Shown piece after piece: positions 45,360-55,400 of a DNA stretch of 64,000 nt. The position numbers and the translations under genes are program-made. Position 1 is the stretch's first letter, and every line of letters begins with the position of its first letter. Source of the stretch: a bacterium (GTDB lineage: Bacteria; UBA8248); contig OZ241875.1 in NCBI GenBank assembly GCA_965203325.1, positions 1,056,001 through 1,120,000 on the forward strand, written 5' to 3'. The notes beneath the pieces are model-generated. The model was not told the origin of the DNA and made no database searches. It saw nothing but the letters and a program-made list of their open reading frames with translations.

Positions 45360-46484
45360 TCAAGAAGACGAATTTTCTTCATCTTCTTCATCGCCGCTCT
45401 TTTTTTCGTCCTCCGTTACCTTTTCGTAGAAAATGCCCGTTCGTATCTGATTCCACAAACGCCAGCCCACATCTCCGCTGCGCTGTATGGAGATATGCTT
45501 GTCGATTTCTTTTTGTATCTTCGCGTTCAGATCGACCTTGACGATACTCGCCGTCGTACGGATGGCGTTTTTCACGGCCTTCGAGTTGCTGCGGCCGTGT
45601 CCGATTGTGCAAATTCCCCCCAAACCCAGCAACGGCGCCGCTCCGTATTCGGAATAATCGGTTCTCTGGCGCATGGATTTCAGCCCGTTCTGCAAAAACA
45701 TATACCCAATCTTGCTGCGCACAGAACCCACGATTTCCTCTCTGAGCAGCGTCGTCAGCATTTCACTGAGACTCTCGCTCACCTTCAAGGCCACGTTTCC
45801 CGCGAACCCGTCGCACACGACCACGTCCGTGTCGCCCTGAAAAATCGTGCTCCCCTCTACATTGCCCACAAAATTCAAATCGCTTTTCACGAAAATCTCA
45901 TGGACCGCCTTGAGCACGTCGGTTCCTTTGGAATCCTCTCCCCCCACGTTCAGCAGACCCACCGTGGGCGCGGGTTTCCTGAACACCTCTTCGGTATACA
46001 CGGCTCCCATAACGCCGAACTGGAACAGGTGCTGCGCCCGCGGGGTCAGGTTCGCTCCCACGTCCAGCATGACGGAAAAGCCTTTGAGGGTGGGGATCAA
46101 GGCGGCAATGGCGGGCCGTTGAACCCCCGGCATGCGCTGCAAAACAGCCAGGCCCGTGGCAAAGGCGCCTCCGGTGTCGCCTGCGCTGAACACCGCCTGC
46201 GCTTCATCGTCCTTCACCAACTGGAGGGCGACGCGCATGGATGAATCCGGCTTGGACTTCACCGATTTCGTGGGTGATTCGCCCATCCCGATGACTTGAC
46301 TCGCCGAGCGAATATCGAAGGTGTCCTTGGAGGCTCCGAGGCGCTTGAGTTCCGCCTCGATTCGCTCCGGCTCACCCACCAATACGGATTCGATACCCTC
46401 TTCGCGGTGAGCATCCAACGCTCCTTCTACGATCGCCGAAGGCGCGTTGTCCCCTCCCATGGCATCTATCGCTATTTTCATCAT
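45360..46484 (-). CDS. plsX: Phosphate acyltransferase
   Basis: IAIDAMGGDNAP, RPAIA, LDVGAN, CDGFAGNVALK, HGRS; acidic C-terminal extension. Confidence 0.96.
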   Translation of the reverse strand: MMKIAIDAMGGDNAPSAIVEGALDAHREEGIESVLVGEPERIEAELKRLGASKDTFDIRSASQVIGMGESPTKSVKSKPDSSMRVALQLVKDDEAQAVFSAGDTGGAFATGLAVLQRMPGVQRPAIAALIPTLKGFSVMLDVGANLTPRAQHLFQFGVMGAVYTEEVFRKPAPTVGLLNVGGEDSKGTDVLKAVHEIFVKSDLNFVGNVEGSTIFQGDTDVVVCDGFAGNVALKVSESLSEMLTTLLREEIVGSVRSKIGYMFLQNGLKSMRQRTDYSEYGAAPLLGLGGICTIGHGRSNSKAVKNAIRTTASIVKVDLNAKIQKEIDKHISIQRSGDVGWRLWNQIRTGIFYEKVTEDEKKSGDEEDEENSSS

Positions 46485-46496
46485 CTCTATCCAGCG

Positions 46497-46682
46497 TTAG
46501 TATTGTCCCTTCACATCTAAAACTTTTTGCCCCTTGTAATACCCGCAGACATTGCACACCCGGTGGGGCAGCACCGGACTATTGCAATTCGAGCAAAACG
46601 CAACCGATGGTTTCGCCACCTTGTAGTGTGTTCTTCTTTTGCGGCCTCGCGTCTGCGAGTGCCGACGTTTGGGAAGCCCCAC
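46497..46682 (-). CDS. rpmF: 50S ribosomal protein L32
   Basis: PKRRHS...RRTH, CxxC...HRVCxxCGYY. Confidence 0.96.
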   Translation of the reverse strand: MGLPKRRHSQTRGRKRRTHYKVAKPSVAFCSNCNSPVLPHRVCNVCGYYKGQKVLDVKGQY

Positions 46683-46823
46683 AGCACCGTACTCCTCTCA
46701 CAATAATACGTTAAACACGGGCAATTCCCGCCGATGTCCTCTCGGCTCCATGCCCGAAAACAGAATCCTTACATACTAACATATTTCAAATTTCAGATTC
46801 ACCACGCACGAAGGACACAAAAT

Positions 46824-47360
46824 TCATGCGGGGTCCTCCGGTTTCCAGCCCTTGAGCGGCCCCCACCGCGGGTCCGACCCCGCGCCCGCGCCGACGGATT
46901 CTCCCTCATCGAGTTTACGGCAAGTTTCAGGCGCCTCTCCCAGACATTTATCAGGACATCGGGGCTGAATGGGAATCGCCAGCCCGATTTGATCGCGAAC
47001 GGGCGTCGTCAGGTCCGCCGTTTCATTTTCGATGTATGCGGCCTCGATATCTTCTTCTTTCAGCTCAACTTCATCTTCTGAGGCGAGGTCTGGCGGCATT
47101 CGCGAAAAATAGACGGCCAACGGCTCGCTGAACGGGTAAGGAAATTCCGCCAGTCCGAGAGAACACTCCAGCAAAAACCGACCGCTCAACCGCCCCTGAA
47201 AACTCACCTCATCAGAGCCTGTTCTCTCCAACTTGCCGATGAGCTTTAGACTTGATGCCCGGAACCAGATTTCCTCCAAATCAGCCGGCTCTAAATCCAC
47301 AGAGACGTCCAGGCCGTCATCCGGAATCTGGGCGAGAGGAAATTGAAGTATTTTCCCCAT
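46824..47360 (-). CDS. yceD: YceD/DUF177 family protein
   Basis: Upstream of rpmF; DLT..VRDQI.LAIP..P.C...C.G...C and DPRW..LK motifs; ATG at 47360 preferred. Confidence 0.85.
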   Translation of the reverse strand: MGKILQFPLAQIPDDGLDVSVDLEPADLEEIWFRASSLKLIGKLERTGSDEVSFQGRLSGRFLLECSLGLAEFPYPFSEPLAVYFSRMPPDLASEDEVELKEEDIEAAYIENETADLTTPVRDQIGLAIPIQPRCPDKCLGEAPETCRKLDEGESVGAGAGSDPRWGPLKGWKPEDPA

Positions 47361-47558
47361 ATCGTTTCCCCGGAGGAGGTGCTCGACCAGACGGGCGTAC
47401 GACTTGATCATCACGGCGCATCGCGCTTCAAACCTCCCGATGCCTGAATTCAAAATATAGGGAGGTGTCGAGTCATGTCAAATTACATCGCCGGGATCCG
47501 GCAAGTATGTCCCGTATTCGATTGAATTTACGCACATCTCATCGTCGAGTCGGCGTAT

Positions 47559-48509
47559 CTACCCCCCCGGTCGCAGCAGTTCCAGGAGCCTTCCCTCGCG
47601 AACACCACCGGTCGATACGCCCAACGCCTTCTTTCGTCCCCACCGCATCAGCGCGCGTACGACGATAAGCCCGGCGAGCGCCACGTCCTCGCGCCCCGGT
47701 TCGAAGCCTGCCAGCTCTCTCCTTCCCTCGTAAGTCAGCCCGGCAAACCGGTTGACCCATTCTTCGAAAAAAGAGTTCGGCAACGAAACGCCGTCTATGC
47801 GCCCGCCCGGCGGCGCGCCTTCCGTCAAAAACCAAGCCAACGCCACCACCCCCCCACAGCCGATGAAGGGGATATCCGCCAGTTCCGCCCCGGCGAAATC
47901 AACATCCGCCAACATCGCCTCCACCGCCTCCGAACAGGCCTGCACCTGTTCATCCGGCGTGGGCATGTTCTTCAGATAGCGCTCCGTCAGATACACCACG
48001 CCGGCGGGAAGGCTCGCCATTTTTCGAACCTCGCCACGCCCGGAGAGTATGACTTCGAGACTTCCTCCGCCGACGTCGAACACCAACGCGCGCTCGGGCT
48101 TGGCCTCCTCATCGGCGAAAACACCCGCCAGCGCCAGGCGCGCTTCCTCCTCGGGCGGAATCACGCGCATCGAAACCCCCAGTTGCAGGGCGCGCTCGAT
48201 AAACACATCCGCGTTTCGCGCCTCACGCAGCGCGCTGGTCGCGAGGCCGTCCGTGAGGCCGACGCGATTCTTTTCAATGATTTGCGCAAACCGGGAAAGG
48301 CAGGCAAGCCCTCTCTCCATGGCGCTTTCAGAGAGCACTCCTGTTTCGCGGACCCCCTCGCCCAGACGAATCAGCTCCCGCCAGCGGCCCCGCGACTCCA
48401 GCCTGCCCGCATCATCGAGCGTGGCGAGCGCCAGGCGGGCCGCGTTCGTGCCCAAATCCACCACCGCGGCAAGCGGGGCCGGGGATTCGGCGCAGGCCTG
48501 TTCAGACAT
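47559..48509 (-). CDS. Ppx/GppA family phosphatase (catalytic domain only)
   Basis: VDLGTN, IRLGEG, ATSALREARN, EEARL, DVGGGSLE, GVREG. Confidence 0.9.
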   Translation of the reverse strand: MSEQACAESPAPLAAVVDLGTNAARLALATLDDAGRLESRGRWRELIRLGEGVRETGVLSESAMERGLACLSRFAQIIEKNRVGLTDGLATSALREARNADVFIERALQLGVSMRVIPPEEEARLALAGVFADEEAKPERALVFDVGGGSLEVILSGRGEVRKMASLPAGVVYLTERYLKNMPTPDEQVQACSEAVEAMLADVDFAGAELADIPFIGCGGVVALAWFLTEGAPPGGRIDGVSLPNSFFEEWVNRFAGLTYEGRRELAGFEPGREDVALAGLIVVRALMRWGRKKALGVSTGGVREGRLLELLRPGG

Positions 48510-48533
48510 GAAAAAAGAGGATTTTCGGTGCGG

Positions 48534-49043
48534 TCATGAATTTCTGAAGCGTTCCTTGTTGTTCATATAGGAGACGGCCGCGTTCTTGAAACGCTCTATT
48601 TCCTCATCGCTCAGATCGCGAACATACTTCGCGGGCGCGCCCAGCCAAAGAGTACCGGGCTGGATCACTTTATTCTCGGGTACGACGGCGCCCGCTCCGA
48701 CGACGGCGCCCTCGCCCACCTTCACGTTGTTGAGCACGATGGCGCCCATCGCGATGACGGCGCCGTCTCCCACATGGCACCCATGCACGATGGCCATGTG
48801 GCCCACGGTAATGTCGTCGCCCAGAACGCAGTCGTATTTGCCGCTTTCGATGTGCAGAATGGAGCCATCCTGTATGTTGGTGCGCTTGCCCACGCGGATG
48901 GGCATGTGGTCCCCGCGCAATACACAGTGGTACCAGACGCTGCTGTGCTCGCCGATCTCAACGTCGCCGATGACGGCGGCGGTCTCCGCCAGCCATGCGG
49001 TTTCATGAACTTTGGGCAGCACTCCCTCGAAGGGAATCAACAT
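48534..49043 (-). CDS. Gamma carbonic anhydrase family (YrdA/PaaY-like)
   Basis: VIGDVEIG..SSVW..VLRGD, NIQDGSILH, TVGHMAIVHGC. Confidence 0.9.
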   Translation of the reverse strand: MLIPFEGVLPKVHETAWLAETAAVIGDVEIGEHSSVWYHCVLRGDHMPIRVGKRTNIQDGSILHIESGKYDCVLGDDITVGHMAIVHGCHVGDGAVIAMGAIVLNNVKVGEGAVVGAGAVVPENKVIQPGTLWLGAPAKYVRDLSDEEIERFKNAAVSYMNNKERFRNS

Positions 49044-49073
49044 GAGCGTCTTCTCCCTGGTTTGGTTTCCGGC

Positions 49074-50558
49074 TCAAAGGTTTGACGTTCGGCCGCGCAC
49101 GGCGGCGAACAGCGGCCCGGGGACCGCGCGCGAAGCCTGAGAGTCCTTCAGCAGGGGCAAGTTGTCAAACATCGTTCGCCGCTCCTCCAGAATCTGTTTG
49201 AAGGCCGGACGCAGCGAACGGGGAAGCGGCATGCCTTTGGGGAGTTTCGCCTTCAGGGGGTTCAAATACCGTCCACGGCGGGTGATCCGGTAATCCAGAT
49301 GAGGACCCGTGGACAAGCCCGTGGAACCCACGTAGCCGATCACCTGGCCCTGGAGGACCCGCCTGCCCCTGCGAATCCCGCGCGCGTACCGATACAGATG
49401 GAGATAGGAGGTCCGATAACCGCCGCCATGACGCAGTTTGATCGTCTTGCCGGCCTGGCTTTTGCGGCCCACCCAGGTGACGACGCCATCGGCGACCGCA
49501 TGGACGGGCGTCCCACGGGGCGCAGCGTAGTCGACGCCGAAGTGGGGGCGGTAGCGCTTGAGCAGGGGGTGAAAGCGCTTCTTCGAGAAACGCGAACTGA
49601 TTCGCGTATAGCGAAGCGGAGATCGCAAAAAGGCGCGCCTCAGGGATTCGCCCTCGACGTTGTAATACCTGCCGCCTCCGCCCTCGAAATACACCGCGGT
49701 GTGCCGCCTCTTCCCCACGATGAACTCGGCCGCCAGAATCCTCCCGTAACCAACGAATTCATCTCTCAAGTGCTTTCGCTCGACCAGGGCCTCCACCTGG
49801 TCTCCACTTTGCAAATCCTTGTGAAAGTCAATGACAAACGCAAAAATATCGCTGAGCTTGTTCACCAGGACGGGAGAGCCGCCGCCATCGGCAATGGCTT
49901 TATACAAGGAACTATGGATGCGGGATTGAATGCGAACGACGTCTACCGAATAAGGTATGTCCTCTTTCGAGGCCGTCATCGCACCGTTCGGCGCTCGCGA
50001 AATTCTGAGTCGGCTTTCATTGTCGAGTTGAAGAACGAATTCACGGAGTTCGCCGCCTTTTTTTTTCACCTCATACCGGCGACCCGCCCGGATGCGCGAA
50101 AAAATACGTTTTTCACGGACGCTATCCAGGACTTTCTGAATCACCGAACGGGGCACATCGTGCGCCATCAACACGCCGATGACCGTGTCCGCTTTGGAGA
50201 ATTTGCCGGCTTCCGTGGTGAGTTTTTCCTCTTTCGGCAAACTCTTGGTTGGTTGATCCCGGGTGATTTTCTTTAAAGTATTTTCATCCGGCCTCTCGCC
50301 CACCCGATGCCGGGGCGCTTTGGCGATTTCCCGCTGCGTCTTGTCTTCAAGCGCTTTTTCGGTGACGCGCGCATCCGGACGCGGCGCATTCTTTCCAGAC
50401 GATTCGGAAGGGGGATGAACTACGGAGCGGCCGCTCAACAACACGCTGATGCCCAGCGCCAGCAATACGCCGACCACGCAGACCATCGCGGAACTGCTGG
50501 TGGATTTTAGTTTCGAAATAAATTGCGTGACGAGACGCGCGCGCCTCTTGCGCATCAC
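49074..50558 (-). CDS. M23 peptidoglycan DD-endopeptidase (MepM/Csd3-like)
   Basis: N-terminal TM helix, RISSRF...HP, HFGVDYAA (HxxxD), YLHL, STGPHLDY. Confidence 0.9.
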   Translation of the reverse strand: MMRKRRARLVTQFISKLKSTSSSAMVCVVGVLLALGISVLLSGRSVVHPPSESSGKNAPRPDARVTEKALEDKTQREIAKAPRHRVGERPDENTLKKITRDQPTKSLPKEEKLTTEAGKFSKADTVIGVLMAHDVPRSVIQKVLDSVREKRIFSRIRAGRRYEVKKKGGELREFVLQLDNESRLRISRAPNGAMTASKEDIPYSVDVVRIQSRIHSSLYKAIADGGGSPVLVNKLSDIFAFVIDFHKDLQSGDQVEALVERKHLRDEFVGYGRILAAEFIVGKRRHTAVYFEGGGGRYYNVEGESLRRAFLRSPLRYTRISSRFSKKRFHPLLKRYRPHFGVDYAAPRGTPVHAVADGVVTWVGRKSQAGKTIKLRHGGGYRTSYLHLYRYARGIRRGRRVLQGQVIGYVGSTGLSTGPHLDYRITRRGRYLNPLKAKLPKGMPLPRSLRPAFKQILEERRTMFDNLPLLKDSQASRAVPGPLFAAVRGRTSNL

Positions 50559-50772
50559 GAGTCCTTTCGCAACATCGGGCGGACTTCATACAAAACCGGC
50601 AGGTACAAGAGAAAACTTCATCTTGCTGTTGAAGTATCACTATAGCAAATTTTTCTGATTTCTCAAATTTCTATTTCGCAATCCCTCCCGAAAACAAGAA
50701 CTCTCCGGGCATTCATGGGCCAACCTGTTGCAGAACGATTCCCCGCCCTCCTCAAATGTGACTCTCTCCCGC

Positions 50773-50791
50773 GCATTTGCCCGCATTTGCG
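50773..50791 (+). repeat. 19-bp direct repeat, left of tail-like cassette
   Basis: GCATTTGCCCGCATTTGCG versus GCATTTACCCGCATTTGCG at 57635-57653 (18/19). Confidence 0.75.
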
Positions 50792-50920
50792 AGGCGAACG
50801 CTCCTCCCCGATTCCCATATATTCGGTGACCTCGGCGCCTTCCTGCGCCGGAGTGATGCCGAAACCCAGGCGGGAGCCAGGGATTTTCCCGACATGGAAC
50901 GCCCCGCCCAGGAGAGTGGA

Positions 50921-52000
50921 ATGGGACACCGCTTCATGTACCGAAATCTCATTGACGACGAGACGCTCATCACCGCCACTTCCGTGGAGAAGGGGTTCGT
51001 CGGCGCAGGCGTGCCCCGCGTCGCGAATGCGGGCGGCTCGATGGTCTTCTCGGGCGCCTACGCCGGAGAGGACCAGGAAGTCTACTTCGCCGAAATCGAA
51101 GCGCCGGGCGACGTGGGAAGCGCCCGTTTCAGGTGGCGCAAGACATCGACACCCGCGGGCGGCTGGGAAGCCTCGAACATCCCCACCGCGCTGACGGATA
51201 CCGCCCTGGACTCGGGCGTGAAGGTCCGCTTCGTGAGCGGCGCGAGTTCACCCGCTTTCGCCTTGGGAGATCATTGGCAGGCGACGGCGAATCGCTTTTT
51301 TTCTCCAAGAAGAATCTACGATCTCGACCCCGCCACGAAGATGAGAAGCGCCTCGCCGCCCGAGGACCCATGGTCGCTCGCCCTTGATTTCGGTGAGGAG
51401 AAATCTCCCGACGTATTCATCGCCCACCTCCACAATTTCCCGCCCGGCGCAAGTCTCCGGATTCAGGCGAACGGGTCTGCAGACTGGCGCGCGCCCGCAC
51501 TCGATGAAAGGCCCATCTGGCGCAGCGGCACGCTCATCCACTATTTCGCCACCACGCCGCGCTCATACCGCCACTGGCGTTTTCTGGCCGAGGGCGTAGC
51601 CGCCGGTCAGGCTGCCTGTCTGGAAGTCTCGGAAATCTATCTGGGGGACTTTTTCGAGCCAGCCGACCATTTCTGGTTCGGGAACGTGGTGGGAGAAGAA
51701 GCTTTTGAGGAAACAAGCCGCACGGAAAGTATGGCGGAGCGTCCGGTGCTCTTGAATCGCGGCCGCAGGATCACCCTTCCCTACGAGCGCATATCGGATG
51801 AGCAGCGAGGTGCGTTTCTCGCCATGTACCGCGCGGTGAAGGACGTCGACGCCAGGCGGGCCAAGCCGTTTTTCGTTCACCTGGACGTGGACGACCCCGC
51901 CTCGGTCATTCTCGCCCACCTCACGGGCGGCTTCTTGCCGCAACAGACGGGGTCGGACGACTTCTCCTTCGAACTCGAACTCAGGGAAAGACTCGCATGA
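50921..52000 (+). CDS. Phage distal-tail (Dit)-like protein with inserted beta-sandwich domains
   Basis: SD AGGAGAG then ATG at 50921 (359 aa). Discoidin-like segment LDFG...HN...YRHWR...EIYLG; Dit-like C-terminus (KPFFV...FSFELELRE). Family call by pattern only. Confidence 0.55.
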   Translation: MGHRFMYRNLIDDETLITATSVEKGFVGAGVPRVANAGGSMVFSGAYAGEDQEVYFAEIEAPGDVGSARFRWRKTSTPAGGWEASNIPTALTDTALDSGVKVRFVSGASSPAFALGDHWQATANRFFSPRRIYDLDPATKMRSASPPEDPWSLALDFGEEKSPDVFIAHLHNFPPGASLRIQANGSADWRAPALDERPIWRSGTLIHYFATTPRSYRHWRFLAEGVAAGQAACLEVSEIYLGDFFEPADHFWFGNVVGEEAFEETSRTESMAERPVLLNRGRRITLPYERISDEQRGAFLAMYRAVKDVDARRAKPFFVHLDVDDPASVILAHLTGGFLPQQTGSDDFSFELELRERLA

Positions 52001-52530
52001 GGCGCGCTACGGACCAGGCGGTCGCGGACATCGCCGGACATGAGGGGAAAACCGCTTTCATCCTCTATCATCTCTCCACCGCCGGCGGAAAGCGCGTGTT
52101 CTGCGGCAAGCAGGTCCCCGACTCCCTGATCGGGCAAGGCGGAAGAATCCATTTCCTCGACGGCTCGCGAATTCTCGATGGCTCCCTTCTGCTGGGAGAG
52201 GGAGCGGAAGTGCTGCTCGGCGTCCATGACTGGATAGAAGACGGCGGGCGATTCTCTCTCGGCGCGTTTCAGGGCCCCTCCATTCTCGAGGCATTCCGGG
52301 AAAAGGAACTCTCCGGCCTCACGATAGCCGTCCACAACGCTCCCGACATGGACGGCCACCCGCGCATGAGCCGCATCCTTGCGACGGAGCCGCTCATTGG
52401 CGGAAGGGTCGACGTGCGCGTCGGGTTTTCGGGACAAAACATATCCGACGTTCTCTCGATCGGGAGCTTCACCATTCGCCGTATCATCGAGCGCATCGAC
52501 CAGGTCTCCATGGAGTGCGAGGGCAACTAG
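51997..52530 (+). CDS. Hypothetical phage tail-tip/hub-like protein
   Basis: ATGA overlap with the upstream gene; LDGSRILDGSLLLG motif; beta-rich C-terminus. Confidence 0.45.
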   Translation: MRRATDQAVADIAGHEGKTAFILYHLSTAGGKRVFCGKQVPDSLIGQGGRIHFLDGSRILDGSLLLGEGAEVLLGVHDWIEDGGRFSLGAFQGPSILEAFREKELSGLTIAVHNAPDMDGHPRMSRILATEPLIGGRVDVRVGFSGQNISDVLSIGSFTIRRIIERIDQVSMECEGN

Positions 52531-53742
52531 ATGAGTGACCCGACGACGGACCGGCTCTCGGACGCATTCCCGATAGGGCGCGCTTCGAGGTACGCCGACC
52601 CTGAATTCGAAGACCAGAGTCTCCCCATCATCTATGGGGATTTGACCACTCCTTCGCGCGAGAACGCGGGCGTTTACGAGCTTCCGAAAATCGACTCCGC
52701 CGGGGGCGGCGTCTACTGCGTGGCCGCCCATGAGATTTCGGGAGCCGTCGCGCTTTTCGACGACGGTGGCCGCATCGAGCCGGAAAGCTACTCCCTGGAA
52801 CTCGCCCGGAACTACCAGGGCAGGGGCGCAATCGCCACGGCCGCTTTCGCAGACCCGCCGAAGGGGCGCGTGACCGCCGTATGCAAGGGCAGGAAAAACG
52901 ACAGCGGCGCGCTCATCGAAAACCCCGCAGAGGTCGTTTATGACCTGATGACGAGCGTCTGGGGGTTCGGCGAGCAGGCCCTCGACATGCAGGCCCTCTC
53001 GCGCGCGGCAGCCGGCGCGAAGGCCCTCGGCTACCGGGCGGGCGGGATCATCATGGACGACCATGCGCCCGCCGACATCCTCACCTCGCTTTTGGGCGAT
53101 TTCCTCGGGCGATACGAAATCGACCCGTTCGGCCGTCTGAAAATTCACATCACAGGAGAGGAACCTTCCGCCATTTCGCCCCAAAAGGTTCTGCCGCGTT
53201 TCGGCCACTCGAGCATCGAGGCGGAGATGGCGCGCGACACCGTCGTCAATCAGGTTCCGGTGCTCTATGCAAAGGATTATCCGGGCGCGCGCTACATCAG
53301 ACACGACGACGGGAGCGCCGCCCGGAACATTTCCTCCCAAAGGCTCTATGGCGTCAGGAGACCTCCGCAAAGCCCGCTCAGGCTCGACTGGGTCCGGCGC
53401 GAGCGCGTTGCCGCAACGGTTCAATCGCGCATCGTGGAGCGCTGTCACGAACCCACCCGCATGCTCACCATCGAGGACGGCTCCTTGAGAGCGCTCGAAA
53501 TCGAACCGGACGACTACGTGGCGTTCAGCGTGCCCTGGATGCGCTCCGAGAAGCTCGAACCCCTCGTGAATCAAATCGGAGAAGTCATCGAGGTGAATTA
53601 CGACCTGGGTGAGCAGGGCATGGAGCTCAAAATCCGGGATACCGGCTTTTTCCTGACGTCCTCCCTTCTTTTGGACGGGAGCAGAACACTCGAAGGCGGC
53701 CGGCTCCTGGGCGCCGAGCGCGACGCCGCCACTTACGCATAA
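52531..53742 (+). CDS. Phage baseplate hub/tail-tip-like protein
   Basis: LPIIYGD, G.LIENPA.V.YDL, LEIEPDDYV and terminal LDGSRTLEGG motifs recall tail-tip proteins. Confidence 0.55.
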   Translation: MSDPTTDRLSDAFPIGRASRYADPEFEDQSLPIIYGDLTTPSRENAGVYELPKIDSAGGGVYCVAAHEISGAVALFDDGGRIEPESYSLELARNYQGRGAIATAAFADPPKGRVTAVCKGRKNDSGALIENPAEVVYDLMTSVWGFGEQALDMQALSRAAAGAKALGYRAGGIIMDDHAPADILTSLLGDFLGRYEIDPFGRLKIHITGEEPSAISPQKVLPRFGHSSIEAEMARDTVVNQVPVLYAKDYPGARYIRHDDGSAARNISSQRLYGVRRPPQSPLRLDWVRRERVAATVQSRIVERCHEPTRMLTIEDGSLRALEIEPDDYVAFSVPWMRSEKLEPLVNQIGEVIEVNYDLGEQGMELKIRDTGFFLTSSLLLDGSRTLEGGRLLGAERDAATYA

Positions 53743-53753
53743 AGGAGAAAACG

Positions 53754-54695
53754 ATGCCCATCGGAGCCGATCTGTCCGCCCGTTACACCGAGGAAGCCAT
53801 CGGCGGCCATCACCCCACGAAAGCCCGCGTCATCGACCGCCTGGCCCTCGCCGCCCTGTTCCCGGACGGAAAAATCAGGGCCGACAGGCAACCCATCGAA
53901 TGCGCGGGCAGGCTCGATTACGTGAACGCCACCACCCTGGCGTTCAGGCCGGCGCTGGGCTCCGCCTATTATCCCGCCGTCGCCAATCCCGTGGCGGGCC
54001 GCCATGTGCCCTTCATCGACGAAGCGTCGGGAGACGTCTATTACGAGGATTTGCCGTGGGAGGGCATCACGATTACGAACGCGGACCTCGAGGCGGACAG
54101 CTCCCATGCGGTCTTCGTCTACGATGACGGAGGCGGGCTCAAGCTCGAATTCGACCACGCGGGAAGCTGGGCGTTCGACGCCGCCACGGGGCTGGCGCAC
54201 AAAACGGACGACAAGAGCCGCACCCTCGCCGGGGTCGCGAGAACGGACGGCTCATCGCAATTCGTCCTCGCGAACGACGTGTATGTCAGAAGTTTCTGGA
54301 ACAAGGCGGCATACGCCGCGCAGTCCAAAGGAACGCTCGCCACCACCCTGTCCACCGACTGGACCTCCGTCGCCACGCACGAAATCCTGATGTGGCCGGG
54401 ACATGACGTCATCCGCCAGGAAGCCGGCGGACAAGGCTGGGTGAATTCGACGAGCATCGCGGGTCTGGCGGGTCTGGACATGAACCTCGAACTGTTCGGC
54501 GGAACGGGGCAGGCCTATCCGGAAGTCGAAATCATTCGCTTGTCGAACAATGAAAAAGACAACTTCGCGATTGCGAGCACACGAATATACAGGGGCGCCC
54601 TCGCCGAGGTTCACTCCACGTTCGTCTTTCGCGTGGCGGGCTCGACCATCCTGAACATCGGCGACTATCTCTTCCAAAGCGTCGTCTTGATCTAG
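53754..54695 (+). CDS. Tail fibre/receptor-binding-like protein
   Basis: SD AAGGAG; beta-rich; RTLAGVARTDGSSQF...VRSFWN segment resembles phage fibre modules. Confidence 0.5.
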   Translation: MPIGADLSARYTEEAIGGHHPTKARVIDRLALAALFPDGKIRADRQPIECAGRLDYVNATTLAFRPALGSAYYPAVANPVAGRHVPFIDEASGDVYYEDLPWEGITITNADLEADSSHAVFVYDDGGGLKLEFDHAGSWAFDAATGLAHKTDDKSRTLAGVARTDGSSQFVLANDVYVRSFWNKAAYAAQSKGTLATTLSTDWTSVATHEILMWPGHDVIRQEAGGQGWVNSTSIAGLAGLDMNLELFGGTGQAYPEVEIIRLSNNEKDNFAIASTRIYRGALAEVHSTFVFRVAGSTILNIGDYLFQSVVLI

Positions 54696-54704
54696 GAGGC
54701 CAAT

Positions 54705-55400
54705 ATGGAAATCGAAGTGACCAAAGCCGTCGGGCCGCATTTTCGAGATGAACTCAAAACCGCCGGCCTCGCGCACCTCTACCTGGGCAGCGCGCACCGG
54801 CTGAAAACGACCATGGTGAATGACGCCGACTGGCGGCCCAAGCCCGGCGAGACGGAATCCGCCCGTCCCGAAATCCACGGCCCCGGTCGGGACACGTGGG
54901 TCATCAACGTAGCCGGTTCAAGCACCCGGGCGCAGCGCGAAGCCATTCTCGCCGCTCATGCCGCGCACGTGCCCGGTGGCATCGCTGATATCCATCGAGA
55001 CGAGGCGAAGGAGAAGCTCAACCTGTTGCTGAACGCCGCCAAGGCGCGCATCGTGGGCGTGCCGGTGAGCGCTCTGGGCGGCAAGCTGGCCGAATACGAG
55101 GAAAAAGCCAAGCTCATCGACGCCTGGGCGCAGGATTCAGGCGAGAACAAACTCGCAAAGCCGGGGTTCGCGCTCATCAAAAACAGAAAAGACGCCTATC
55201 CCGCGCGCTACGCGACGGGCCAAAGCGTGGTGGATGAGTGGACGAGCCGGAGGACGGCCCTGCTCGGCAAGCTCGCCTCTCTCCTTAAAATTTATGATGA
55301 GAGCGTGCGCGACACCCGGGACGCCGCCGTCACCGCCAGCGTGGCGGCCCTGGATTCCAGACTCGAAGAAGCCGCCTCTTCTTTCGACAAGGTGCGCTGA
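54705..55400 (+). CDS. Tail fibre assembly chaperone-like hypothetical protein
   Basis: SD AGGAGG; directly follows the fibre gene; AILAAH..H.P followed by a helical EYEEKA...AW domain. Confidence 0.4.
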   Translation: MEIEVTKAVGPHFRDELKTAGLAHLYLGSAHRLKTTMVNDADWRPKPGETESARPEIHGPGRDTWVINVAGSSTRAQREAILAAHAAHVPGGIADIHRDEAKEKLNLLLNAAKARIVGVPVSALGGKLAEYEEKAKLIDAWAQDSGENKLAKPGFALIKNRKDAYPARYATGQSVVDEWTSRRTALLGKLASLLKIYDESVRDTRDAAVTASVAALDSRLEEAASSFDKVR

